The position numbers and the translations under genes were made by a program. From contig CACETT010000004.1 in NCBI GenBank assembly GCA_902562525.1, positions 1 through 52,083 of the forward strand: a DNA stretch of 52,083 bases. The letters run 5' to 3'. This stretch comes from an uncultured Alphaproteobacteria bacterium (GTDB lineage: Bacteria > Pseudomonadota > Alphaproteobacteria > UBA7887). The notes beneath the pieces were generated by a model, which was not told where the DNA came from, did no database searches, and saw only the letters and a list, made by a program, of their open reading frames with translations. Shown here piece by piece: positions 18,452 to 29,780 of this stretch (the first letter of the stretch is position 1; every line of letters begins with the position of its first letter).

Positions 18452-19969
18452 CTAGTTTGCGTCGCTCTCCCATATTGATTTTGCTTCGCCAGGAAGCCCG
18501 TATTCAGCCCATCTTTTGCTCACTTTATCAATCGTATTTCTTTCCATAATTATTTTGGTTCCCCACTCCCTGTTAGTTTCAGGAGGAATCTTGTTTGTGG
18601 CATCAAGTCCCATCTTTCCACCTAAACCAGATTCGGGACTGGCAAAATCAAGATAATCAATAGGAGTGTTTTCAAGGAGGGTGGTGTCGCGTACTGGGTC
18701 CATTCTTGTAGAAATTGCCCAGATAACGTCTTTCCAGTCCTTCACATTAATATCGTCATCAACGATGACGACCATTTTCGTATATAGAAATTGGCGCAGG
18801 AAAGACCACACTCCCATCATTACTCTTTTGGCCTGTCCTGCATAGCTTTTCTTAATGGAAACGACGGCAATTCTATAGCTGCAGCCCTCAGGTGGGAGCC
18901 AAAAATCGACAATCTCTGGAAATTGTTGGACCATTAGGGGAACAAAAAGCTCATTCAGCGATTCACCTAGTATGCTGGGTTCATCAGGGGGCCTGCCTGT
19001 GAAAGTAGAGAGATATATTGGTTTTTGACGGGTGGTTATGGTGCTTACCGTAAAGACGGGAAATTTCTCTATCGAATTGTAATACCCTGTGTGATCGCCA
19101 AAAGGACCCTCATCTCTGAAGTCCTCCAAAGATACATGCCCTTCTAGGACGATTTCTGCAGTGGAAGGCACCTTTAATGGCACGGATTGACATTCGACAA
19201 GTTCAGTTCGTTTTCCTCTTAGGAGACCCGCAAATTGATACTCGGACATTGTGTCAGGTATGGGCGCTACAGCGGCCAGTATAGTCGCGGGGTCTGCGCC
19301 GATTACAACTGCCGCTGGGAGTGGCTCGGATTTTTTTTGCGACCATTCTCTGAAGTGTTGAGCGCCTCCCCTGTGTTTTAACCAACGCATGAGTGTCTGG
19401 TTCTTCCCAATCACCTGCATGCGATAAATCCCCAAGTTAAATTTCTCCGCGGGCGTGCCAGGATCGGTTGAGGTCACCACCAATGGCCATGTAATTAGGG
19501 GTGCAGGCTCGTTTGGCCAGCAGGTTTGTACCGGTAGCGTTGATAGATCAACATCCTTTCCGGTTATAATTTTTTCGTGGATGGGCCCATGACGCAAAAC
19601 TCGAGGTTTCATGGTCATCGCGGCCTTAAGAAGTGGTAGCATTTCGGCAGCTTTTTTCCATCCATCAGGTGGCTCAGGATGACGCATCAGGGCTAGTGCT
19701 TCGCCCAATTGCCGAAGTTCCTGGGGTTCTTTTCCCATGCCCCAAGCCACGCGGTTTTTAGTCCCAAAAAGATTGGCTAGAACGGGCATTTCAAAAGGTC
19801 CATTTGGCCCAACCACGTTCTCAAATAGTACAGCAGGGCCACCCTGAGCCAATAAGCGGGTCTGAATCTCTGTAATTTCTAGTTCAGGCGAAACTTGTGC
19901 AGAAACTCTAACGAGTTCTTTCTTATTTTCTAAGAAAGATAAAAATTCACCTAAGCTTGCGTATGGCAT
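18452..19969 (-). CDS. ubiD: UbiD prFMN-dependent 3-polyprenyl-4-hydroxybenzoate decarboxylase
   Basis: 'NLGIYRMQ', '[11 protein letters not shown]', 'GRPPDEP', 'PPEGCSYR', 'IDYLDFASP'. Confidence 0.96.
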   Translation of the reverse strand: MPYASLGEFLSFLENKKELVRVSAQVSPELEITEIQTRLLAQGGPAVLFENVVGPNGPFEMPVLANLFGTKNRVAWGMGKEPQELRQLGEALALMRHPEPPDGWKKAAEMLPLLKAAMTMKPRVLRHGPIHEKIITGKDVDLSTLPVQTCWPNEPAPLITWPLVVTSTDPGTPAEKFNLGIYRMQVIGKNQTLMRWLKHRGGAQHFREWSQKKSEPLPAAVVIGADPATILAAVAPIPDTMSEYQFAGLLRGKRTELVECQSVPLKVPSTAEIVLEGHVSLEDFRDEGPFGDHTGYYNSIEKFPVFTVSTITTRQKPIYLSTFTGRPPDEPSILGESLNELFVPLMVQQFPEIVDFWLPPEGCSYRIAVVSIKKSYAGQAKRVMMGVWSFLRQFLYTKMVVIVDDDINVKDWKDVIWAISTRMDPVRDTTLLENTPIDYLDFASPESGLGGKMGLDATNKIPPETNREWGTKIIMERNTIDKVSKRWAEYGLPGEAKSIWESDAN

Positions 19970-20044
19970 TAATGTTTTCCTAGACCAAAATTAATATACT
20001 CTGAGCTCAGCATCAAAATTTGTGCCAAGGTATTTCGTGCCAGT

Positions 20045-20920
20045 TTAGCCAGTAACAAATCCTATAAAAATTATCGCAGCAAAGCTATTGTTGGACTGAA
20101 ACATTGTAAGGCAGCTTTTTGGATCATCCAAGTTCACCTTTTGGATTTGCCAAACCAGATGTAGGCCGCCCGCCACTAGTCCGACAAAGGCGGGCCAAGT
20201 AAGGCCAGCTAGCTCCACCGAGATATAGAGGCAAAGTAGAGATAAGGCGTAGAATAGGGCAATTATTGGTTTGCTTTTCGTTCCTAATCGTAAAGCGGAA
20301 GATTTGACACCAATTAAAATGTCAGAATTCTTGTCTTGGTGGGCATAAATTGTGTCATAACCAAGCGTCCAGAATACCCCAGATATGTAAAGAGCGATCG
20401 CCCAAGGATAAATTTGGCCTGCCACAGCGGCACTGCTGAGGAGCGCCCCCCAGTTAAAAGTAAAGCCTAGCCAGAGTTGCGGCCACCAGGTGATCCTTTT
20501 CATAAATGGGTATAAAAGGACGAGCGGAACAGCCGCCACGCCAACCCAGATGGCTGTTTTGTTGAATTGAGTTAAGACCGTTAACCCGAGAATGCAAAGA
20601 ATGATTAATAGCAGAACTGCATGGCTGATTGGGACCTCTCGGCTGGCCAGCGGTCGGTTCTTAGTTCGGTTGACCTGACGATCAAAATCGCGGTCCGCAA
20701 TATCGTTGATAATGCAGCCTGCACTTCGCATGCATAATGTGCCCAGAAGAAATAGGAACAAAAATAATGGCAGAGATTCATAGCTCACATCAGAAATAGC
20801 TAGCCCCAGCCAACATGGCCAAAGCAAAAGCCAATAACCGATTGGGGCATCGGCCCGCATTAGGCGCAAATAGGGGAGAGACTTGCGCCAGTAAGGTATG
20901 TAATAAGGATGGTTTGTCAT
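20045..20920 (-). CDS. ubiA: 4-hydroxybenzoate polyprenyltransferase
   Basis: 'RSAGCIINDIADRDFDRQVNRTKNRPLAS', 'YDTIYAHQD', 'GVKSSA'. Confidence 0.96.
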   Translation of the reverse strand: MTNHPYYIPYWRKSLPYLRLMRADAPIGYWLLLWPCWLGLAISDVSYESLPLFLFLFLLGTLCMRSAGCIINDIADRDFDRQVNRTKNRPLASREVPISHAVLLLIILCILGLTVLTQFNKTAIWVGVAAVPLVLLYPFMKRITWWPQLWLGFTFNWGALLSSAAVAGQIYPWAIALYISGVFWTLGYDTIYAHQDKNSDILIGVKSSALRLGTKSKPIIALFYALSLLCLYISVELAGLTWPAFVGLVAGGLHLVWQIQKVNLDDPKSCLTMFQSNNSFAAIIFIGFVTG

Positions 20921-21026
20921 TGGATAATTGGGCCGCGAAGGTTAGTTAGGTGAACATTTTCGGGAAAGTGTAACATGGTATTCAACCTGAATACTCGCAA
21001 CCTCTTTATTTTGCTTTTAGCCAACG

Positions 21027-21779
21027 ATGGCAAGTAGCCCCCAAGTTGCGGTGGCTACTCGTCTTTGGGTAGCCGCTAGTATAGGTAAGGGGGAGATTAT
21101 TTCAGCTCCTGCCCCCCAAAGCCATTATCTAAGGCATGTCCTAAAAATTTCAGACGGGGGGCGAATAGCTGTTTTTAACGGTTCCGATGGAGAGTGGCTT
21201 GCAGAGGTTAGGTTTTCTGGTCGTAAAGGTTGCAGCTTGCTTCCAATAAGTCTTACCCGACCACAAGTCGTTGAAGAAGGTCCTTGGTTATTGTTTGCGC
21301 CAGTAAAAAAATATCGGCTGGACTTTCTGGTGCAAAAATCGGTTGAACTGGGGGTCCAGCTTATTCGTCCCGTCCAGACGCGCCGAACAATAGTCCGTCG
21401 AGTAGCCAAAAAACGCATTTTAGCAAATGCTATTGAGGCAGCGGAGCAATGTGGGCGCGTAACCCTTCCGGAGGTTGCTGATTTTAGCCCTTTGTCAGAG
21501 GTGATGTTGAGTTGGCCGCAAGGTCGGACACTATTCTGGGGAGATGAAAGTGGTGGGGGTATTCCAGCCTTAAGAGCGTTCCACCCCGACTTGACTAAAG
21601 CGGCATTTCTAATCGGGCCGGAGGGCGGCTTTGAAGAAAGTGAAAGGGAGTTTTTAACTGCACAAGCTTTTACTAAGGCTATAGATTTGGGTCCACGAAT
21701 ACTCCGTTCTGATACGGCGGGCTTGATGGCACTATCGCTGTGGCAGGGGGCATGCAGTTCGACAGGGCACGGCTTCTAA
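21027..21779 (+). CDS. rsmE: 16S rRNA m3U1498 methyltransferase
   Basis: 'HYLRHVL', 'QKSVELGV', 'EAAEQCGR', 'IGPEGGF', 'LGPRILRSDTA'. Confidence 0.95.
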   Translation: MASSPQVAVATRLWVAASIGKGEIISAPAPQSHYLRHVLKISDGGRIAVFNGSDGEWLAEVRFSGRKGCSLLPISLTRPQVVEEGPWLLFAPVKKYRLDFLVQKSVELGVQLIRPVQTRRTIVRRVAKKRILANAIEAAEQCGRVTLPEVADFSPLSEVMLSWPQGRTLFWGDESGGGIPALRAFHPDLTKAAFLIGPEGGFEESEREFLTAQAFTKAIDLGPRILRSDTAGLMALSLWQGACSSTGHGF

Positions 21780-21856
21780 GGGCATTTTGAGATCACTAGT
21801 TGGCCTTGGGCTAAATCCCAGATATACAGGCCTTATCGTTTATTTATCCCCGAAGA

Positions 21857-23230
21857 ATGGAAGATGGGATGGCAGCAGATACTATAGCTGATGAGTTGAT
21901 TTCTGATCGAGCTAGTTTGATAGAATACCTAGAAAGTGGCTGCAAGCCTCGGAGTGAGTGGGGCATTGGCACGGAGCACGAAAAAATCGGTTACCAGTTA
22001 TCGGATCTTTCTCCTTTACCGTATGGTGGAAACAATGGAATCCGAGCCATGCTGCAGGGTTTAGAGCGGTTTGGCTGGAAGCCAATCCTGGAGGGGGATA
22101 ATATTATAGGCCTCACTATGGAGGGACAGTCCATAAGTCTGGAGCCCGGAGGTCAATTTGAGCTTTCAGGGGCCATATTAAAAAATATTCATGAGACGTG
22201 CGCTGAGGTTAATGCTCATCTCTCTCAAGTGCGAGAAGTAGCCAGTGACCTGAAGGTAGGTTTTATTGGAATCGGAATGCAACCTAAGTGGGGGCGCGAG
22301 CAAATTCCAGTGATGCCCAAACAACGTTATGACATCATGCGTGCTTATATGCCAAAGAAAGGGAGGCATGGACTGGATATGATGTTGCGAACTTGCACTG
22401 TTCAGGTCAATCTAGATTTTGAGAGCGAGATTGACATGGTGAAAAAGTTCCGGGTTGCTCTTGCTTTACAGCCTATAGCGACGGCGCTGTTTGCAAACTC
22501 ACCATTTGTTGATGGCCGGCCAAGCGGCTATCTAAGCACTCGGTCCAATGCTTGGTTCAATACGGACCCTGACCGATGTGAAATCCCACAATTTGTTTTT
22601 GAAACAGGTATGGGCTTTGAGAGATACGTCGATTTTGCCCTAGACGTCCCCATGTATTTTGTCTTCAGGGATGGCTGTTATTTGGACGTAAGCGGGCAAT
22701 CCTTTCGTGATTTTTTGAAGGGAAAATTACCAGGCCTACCAGGTGAAATGCCCACGTTGAAGGATTGGTCGGATCACTTAACCACTATATTCACAGAAGT
22801 GCGGTTGAAGCAATTTCTAGAAATGCGCGGGGCAGACGCTGGTCCCTGGAACCAGTTATGTGCGTTGCCGGCTCTTTGGGTTGGGTTACTATACGATTCG
22901 ACGAGCTTGGATCAGGCATGGGATATCATTGCGGATTGGAGTTTTGAGGAGGTGCGGGAATTGAGAGGCGAAGCGGGTGTAAATGGGATGGCCGGCTCAT
23001 TCCGGGGGATGCCGGTGCGTGAGTTGGCAAAGAAGGTAGTAGAGTTGGCGCGGGAGGGTCTTGGTCGGAGAGGTTGTGTGGATAATGCCGGAACTGATGA
23101 AACGGGTTTCTTAGTTCCGCTCGCTAAGGTAGCCCAGTCAGGGAGAACGTTAAGTGACGAACTTTTAGACTTATATCATGGGGCTTGGAATGAAACGGTA
23201 GATCCTGTTTTCAAAGAGTTTGCATACTGA
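21857..23230 (+). CDS. gshA: Glutamate-cysteine ligase (plant/alphaproteobacterial type)
   Basis: 'IGTEHEK', 'SLEPGGQFELSG', 'MMLRTCTVQVNLD', 'FLEMRGAD'. Confidence 0.96.
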   Translation: MEDGMAADTIADELISDRASLIEYLESGCKPRSEWGIGTEHEKIGYQLSDLSPLPYGGNNGIRAMLQGLERFGWKPILEGDNIIGLTMEGQSISLEPGGQFELSGAILKNIHETCAEVNAHLSQVREVASDLKVGFIGIGMQPKWGREQIPVMPKQRYDIMRAYMPKKGRHGLDMMLRTCTVQVNLDFESEIDMVKKFRVALALQPIATALFANSPFVDGRPSGYLSTRSNAWFNTDPDRCEIPQFVFETGMGFERYVDFALDVPMYFVFRDGCYLDVSGQSFRDFLKGKLPGLPGEMPTLKDWSDHLTTIFTEVRLKQFLEMRGADAGPWNQLCALPALWVGLLYDSTSLDQAWDIIADWSFEEVRELRGEAGVNGMAGSFRGMPVRELAKKVVELAREGLGRRGCVDNAGTDETGFLVPLAKVAQSGRTLSDELLDLYHGAWNETVDPVFKEFAY

Positions 23231-23305
23231 AGATGATATCAATTGGGGAAAGGCCCTGGGGCCTTGAAGCTGGTTGTTGATTAATTCACTGGGGTGGGTA
23301 GGCAC

Positions 23306-24193
23306 ATGGAGCATATTAGAATTGAGTTTTCCAGATTTTCCGCGTTTTACAGTCCATTGATTTTGACTATGGCAGGTGGCTTTTTGGACCGTGAGGGGCT
23401 TAAACATAGTTTCAGTGTGTCTACCCCAGAGAGAACGGCTATGAGCGCTATCTTGGGTGGCGCTGTGGATGTAGCACAGTCTGCAGTCTCGGCAGCGTTT
23501 GGAGCAGCGATTGATGGACGCAAGCCCGATGTCGTACATTTCGCACAGATCAACGAGACGGATGGTTTCTTTATATTTGGGCGCGACAACGAATCCAATT
23601 TTTCTTGGTCTCATCTGGTAGGAAAGGATGTTTTGGTGGATCATGGTGGACAGCCGATGGCTATGTTTCGATACGGTTGCCTAAAATCAGGTTTAGACGA
23701 TAGCAAAATAAATTTTATTGACGCGGGCTCTCCAGAGGAGATGGAGGTCGCATTCCGCTCCGGAGTGGGTGATTATATACATGCTCAGGGTCCACTTCCT
23801 CAACAATTCGAGGAGGATGGGCTTGGCCAGATAGTTGCCTCGGTAGGTAAGGCAATTGGTCCGGTTGCATTTTCCACGCTGGCCGCTAAGGAGGAATGGC
23901 TGAAAACTGATGTGGCTATGGCCTTCATGCGCGCCTACAGGATGGCAAGGGAATTGGCTATTACGGGTTCACCGGAGGAAATTGCGCGACTGGAAGCTGA
24001 GTTTTTTCCAGAAATTCATATCGAAGCCCTTGCCAACACGGTTCGATTTTATCAACAGCTTGGTTGTTGGAGTCCGCATCTAGAAATCACCCAACAAGCA
24101 TTCGAAGTCGCAGTAGACGTTTTTCTTCACTCTAAGGTCATTTCCGAACGCCCGGCCTACGACTTGGCTGTTTATCCTGTTCCAACGATATAG
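23306..24193 (+). CDS. NMT1/THI5/SsuA-like periplasmic-binding-fold protein, no signal peptide
   Basis: 'FYSPLILTMAGGFLDREGL', 'AILGGAVDVA', 'FSWSHLVGKDV', 'FMRAYRMA' pattern of the NMT1/TauA family; no adjacent permease or ATPase. Confidence 0.75.
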   Translation: MEHIRIEFSRFSAFYSPLILTMAGGFLDREGLKHSFSVSTPERTAMSAILGGAVDVAQSAVSAAFGAAIDGRKPDVVHFAQINETDGFFIFGRDNESNFSWSHLVGKDVLVDHGGQPMAMFRYGCLKSGLDDSKINFIDAGSPEEMEVAFRSGVGDYIHAQGPLPQQFEEDGLGQIVASVGKAIGPVAFSTLAAKEEWLKTDVAMAFMRAYRMARELAITGSPEEIARLEAEFFPEIHIEALANTVRFYQQLGCWSPHLEITQQAFEVAVDVFLHSKVISERPAYDLAVYPVPTI

Positions 24194-24262
24194 GACGAGC
24201 TCGTTTTGGTCATTTAGCCGCTGCCCACGTAACTGCGTAGAGGGTTCGCCGAGAGCAATAGT

Positions 24263-25702
24263 TCAATCTCCGGCCTCAGTCCCTCCAACTGTGAGCCCAT
24301 CTATTAAGAGGGTTGGTTGCCCTACTCCCACGGGGACGCCTTGGCCATTTTTTCCACAGGTACCAATGCCAGGATCCAGTTCCATATCGTTACCTACGGC
24401 CTTTACGTTTTTAAGGACTTCAAAGCCGCTACCAATGAGAGTTGCCCCTTTCACGGGCGCGCCTATTTTTCCATTGTCTATCTTGTATGCTTCGGAAGCT
24501 GAGAACACAAATTTACCATTCGTAATATCAACTTGGCCACCCCCGAAGTTTACTGCATACAATCCGTTTTTGACGGAATTAATGATATCCTGAGGGTTCT
24601 CGTTGCCGGCTTGCATTATTGTATTTCGCATTCGTGGCATGGGTTGATGAGCAAAGCTTTGACGGCGACCATTGCCGGTAGAGTCGGTGCCCATCAATTT
24701 TGCATTTGTCCTATCCTGCATATAGCCCACTAGGATCCCATTCTCAATCAGAGTAGTGCATTGCGTGGGGGTGCCTTCGTCATCTATAGACAAAGATCCA
24801 CGGCGGTTTCCAATAGTTCCGTCATCTACTACCGTAACCGATGGAGCTGCAACGCGTTCACCCATGAGGCCAGAAAAAACACTTGTCCCTTTTCTGTTGA
24901 AGTCCCCTTCAAGGCCGTGACCTATTGCCTCATGCAGCAGTATGCCTGGCCAGCCAGATCCCAGAACAACTTGCATTTCACCTGCAGGGGCTGGCTCAGC
25001 CTCTAAGAGAATTTTGGCTTGCCGATAGGCCTCATCCACGTGCTTTTGCCAAGTGTCCTCTTGTAGAAAAGACTTATACGAAAAACGTCCGCCTGAACCA
25101 TAGCTTCCACTCTCCATATTATCGCCATCACTAACTACAACGGAGACGCTAAGTCTTACTAGCGGGCGAATATCGCCGGTGAGTTCCCCGCCAGCCCTCA
25201 GTATTTCCACTGCTTGCCAGTTGCCGGTCAGCGAGGCCATCACCTGCTGCACTTGAGGGTCTTTGGCTCGAGCATATGCATCAATTTCCTGTAGCAATTT
25301 CACCTTCTTCTCAAAAGGCACCTGTTGCAAAGGGTTTGCGTCGGAATACAGTTGCTGGTTTGTTGTGGGAGGGGCACTAGCCATTACGCCCCCTGCGCCA
25401 GTTTTGACAGTTTTTACGGTGTTTCCTGCGCGGCGAACGGCGGCCTCACTCAATTCTGACGCATGGCCGTATCCAGTGCACTCGCCTGCAACCGCCCGCA
25501 AGCCGAATCCCTGGGATGTGTCAAAACTTGCCGCCTTTAATTTGCTGTCGTCAAAAGAGAAGCTCTCAGATTGCTTATATTCCAAAAATAATTCGCCATC
25601 ATCCGATCCGGCCAAAGCATCGTCGACGACGGATTCGAGTCTTGTCTGGTCCAGGTCGGTATTGTCAAAGAATAATTTATTTAGCCGGGCGATATCTGTC
25701 AT
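24263..25702 (-). CDS. tldD: Metalloprotease TldD
   Basis: 'LLHEAIGHGLEGDFNRK', 'DDEGTP', 'MPRMRN', 'GTCGKNGQGVPVGVGQP'. Confidence 0.97.
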   Translation of the reverse strand: MTDIARLNKLFFDNTDLDQTRLESVVDDALAGSDDGELFLEYKQSESFSFDDSKLKAASFDTSQGFGLRAVAGECTGYGHASELSEAAVRRAGNTVKTVKTGAGGVMASAPPTTNQQLYSDANPLQQVPFEKKVKLLQEIDAYARAKDPQVQQVMASLTGNWQAVEILRAGGELTGDIRPLVRLSVSVVVSDGDNMESGSYGSGGRFSYKSFLQEDTWQKHVDEAYRQAKILLEAEPAPAGEMQVVLGSGWPGILLHEAIGHGLEGDFNRKGTSVFSGLMGERVAAPSVTVVDDGTIGNRRGSLSIDDEGTPTQCTTLIENGILVGYMQDRTNAKLMGTDSTGNGRRQSFAHQPMPRMRNTIMQAGNENPQDIINSVKNGLYAVNFGGGQVDITNGKFVFSASEAYKIDNGKIGAPVKGATLIGSGFEVLKNVKAVGNDMELDPGIGTCGKNGQGVPVGVGQPTLLIDGLTVGGTEAGD

Positions 25703-25842
25703 TTATACTCTTCCTAAGACTGTAGGTAACTGCCTTTGTGCTGACTTGAGTATAGTGTATTTTGGTTTTCTACAACTTCCAATTTCTTCGTTTTTGACGA
25801 GGTATATTTGGATACCCATTAAATTTGATAGCGGTGGAAGTA

Positions 25843-26814
25843 ATGGCGCTCTTATTGGAAGATACAGTCAGTTTTGGGGTCCAAGGCATATTCAGGAGGA
25901 CGGGCAACTCCGCCGCGCCTTGGATTCCGGATCTGGAGGATGCCAAGGGTCTAGTTAGATTGGTTGACGACTTGGGCTTTGATTCAATGTGGGTTGGGGA
26001 TCATGTGGCTTTCCCAGTACCTATTATGGATTCTATTTCTCAATTAGCTTGGGCAGCAGCCCTGAGTGACCGTATGACATTTGGCACAGCGATATATCTC
26101 TTGCCGCTGAGACATCCCACTCCGGTAGCAAAACAGATCGCTGCCTTAGATCACCTTTGTGGAGGCCGATTAGTTTTTGGGGTGGGGGTTGGGGGTGAAT
26201 TTCCCATGGAGTTCAAAGCTTGTGGTGTTGATGTATCCCAACGTGGTCGCCTTATGGATGAGAGTTTGGAAGTGCTGAAGAAACTGTGGCGACCAGGCAC
26301 AGCGAGCCATAGCGGAGCCAGTTTATCATTTTCCGAGATTGAGCTATTGCCCAAACCACTTCAAGAAGGAGGCCCTCCAGTATGGGCTGGTGGTCGATCT
26401 GATGTTGCTTTGAACCGAGCTGGGCGAGTATGCGATGGGTATATATCTTACGTTGTAACCCCCAAAATGTTTCGGGATTCCTTAGACAAGATTTCTAGCG
26501 CTGCTGAGGCGGTGGACCGTGACGTTGGAACTTTTGGAACTGGCCATCTATTGTTCCTTAGGATTGATAATGAGTATGAGAAGGCATTAGACACCGCGAG
26601 CGCTTTTTTGAGCGAGAGGTACGGAATGGATTTCAGGCGAGCCGCTGAAAAGTATTGTGCCCTGGGTTCCCCGGATGCGATAGCGAGCCGCATGCAAGAG
26701 TATATCGACGCCGGCATTCGCCATTTTGTGTTGGATTTTCTGGGGCCTAGCGAAGATTACATGGAACAAATCGAAAGGTTTGCATCTGATGTGCGACCTC
26801 TGATTCGTTGTTAA
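25843..26814 (+). CDS. LLM (luciferase-like) class flavin/F420-dependent oxidoreductase
   Basis: 'GFDSMWVGDHV', 'LPLRHPTPVAKQIAALDHLCGGRLVFGVGVG', 'PKPLQEGGPPVWAGG'; start uncertain. Confidence 0.9.
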   Translation: MALLLEDTVSFGVQGIFRRTGNSAAPWIPDLEDAKGLVRLVDDLGFDSMWVGDHVAFPVPIMDSISQLAWAAALSDRMTFGTAIYLLPLRHPTPVAKQIAALDHLCGGRLVFGVGVGGEFPMEFKACGVDVSQRGRLMDESLEVLKKLWRPGTASHSGASLSFSEIELLPKPLQEGGPPVWAGGRSDVALNRAGRVCDGYISYVVTPKMFRDSLDKISSAAEAVDRDVGTFGTGHLLFLRIDNEYEKALDTASAFLSERYGMDFRRAAEKYCALGSPDAIASRMQEYIDAGIRHFVLDFLGPSEDYMEQIERFASDVRPLIRC

Positions 26815-27258
26815 CTATCTGAGTTTCAAGCCGTCCACATTGGCTGAGTAGTTTCTGCGGAGCCCTGGTAAAAGGCGTCAAGGTGCCAAGATAATGCATT
26901 AATGACTGGGAGAGATCCAAATCCTCCGATAAAATGACCAAAACTTCAGAGTCGGGGTTGATGCTTGGCAGTGGCGGTAGCGTGTTGGGTGGTCTGTGAA
27001 CGGCTTGTTTGTAGGCAATTCGCAGTATTCAAGGCTGTTACGGTAGGTTTTTATGGGGGCCGTTCTCTAGTATTGTTATTGGCATAGTTCTTGAGCTCTG
27101 GTCTAAAGGGTTGATTATGGGCTCCCTCGCTGTATATGTTGTGTCTGAGAAGGGGTTGAGTGCTAAATCCACCCCTTTGAGTATTAGTATTGGGATAGAA
27201 CGCTGTCTCAGACGGCGGCGATGGTTGTTTGGGGACCAGTGGAAAGGTATTAGTGAGT

Positions 27259-28116
27259 ATGTTTATGAAAAACATCCTGCCCGGATTAACAGCTCTTGTA
27301 GCGACGATAATGGTGCCGGGAACGCAAGCGTGGGCCAACGCAGAAACAGGACAGCCGTTTGATTGGCAGTTGGGTTTTCAGAGGGCTGCGTCGCCCGTTA
27401 TGGAAGCGATAGCTACTCTCCATAATCAGGTGCTAATTCTTATAACTATAATAACCCTGTTTGTTTTGGGGCTGCTTATCTATGTAGCTATAAAATTTAA
27501 TGCTAAGGCTAATCCTAACCCGTCAAAGGTGACGCATAACACGTTGATAGAGGTTCTGTGGACAGCAATCCCGATAGTGATTCTGGTGGTGATGGCGGTT
27601 CCAAGTTTTAAGCTTCTGTATTATCAGGACACTGTGCCGGAAAAAGTTGATTTGACCATTAAGGCCACCGCATACCAATGGTTCTGGAGTTACGAATACA
27701 CTGATGCTGGTTTTGAATTCGATGCGTTTAAGATGGAGCAGGAAGACGCAGAGGAAGAGGGTGAGCCCTACCTTTTGGCAACTGATACAAAGGTCGTTGT
27801 CCCCGTTGGAAAAGTCGTGAGGGTTCAGCTGATCGCTGCAGATGTAATTCATGCGTGGGCCGTGCCAGCCCTTGGCGTCAAAATGGACGCTTACCCAGGA
27901 CGATTGAATGAGTTGTGGTTTCAAGTAGATGAGCCGGGTGTTTATTATGGCCAATGTTCAGAACTGTGTGGTCAAGGTCATGCTTTTATGCCAATTGCTG
28001 TGGAGGCGATGGACGAAGCAGATTATCAGGAGTGGTTAGCCGAGGCTTATGATGAATATGCTAGGGTGAGGTCAGATGTAGACGTTGCCGCGGCTCAAAT
28101 AGATACGACACGGTAA
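27259..28116 (+). CDS. coxB: Cytochrome c oxidase subunit II (aa3 type)
   Basis: 'QWFWSYEY', 'DVIHAW', CuA 'CSELCGQGHAFM'; no fused cytochrome c; start could be 27253, 27259 or 27265. Confidence 0.97.
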   Translation: MFMKNILPGLTALVATIMVPGTQAWANAETGQPFDWQLGFQRAASPVMEAIATLHNQVLILITIITLFVLGLLIYVAIKFNAKANPNPSKVTHNTLIEVLWTAIPIVILVVMAVPSFKLLYYQDTVPEKVDLTIKATAYQWFWSYEYTDAGFEFDAFKMEQEDAEEEGEPYLLATDTKVVVPVGKVVRVQLIAADVIHAWAVPALGVKMDAYPGRLNELWFQVDEPGVYYGQCSELCGQGHAFMPIAVEAMDEADYQEWLAEAYDEYARVRSDVDVAAAQIDTTR

Positions 28117-28128
28117 CAAGCGAGTTAG

Positions 28129-29751
<1,623 letters not shown>

Positions 29752-29780
29752 ATGTTGTCGGATTTTCTCGGAGAGTGTTG

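Noticed and set aside
16274-25702. TldD plus TldE as a sign of a RiPP/microcin cluster
   Set aside because: No precursor peptide, YcaO or transporter; both genes sit in their usual housekeeping context near ubiA/rsmE/gshA/cox
26747-27030. Stop-free minus-strand frame of about 90 codons in the LLM-coxB gap (possible pseudogene)
   Set aside because: No good start or SD, overlaps the LLM 3' end, and has no recognisable similarity
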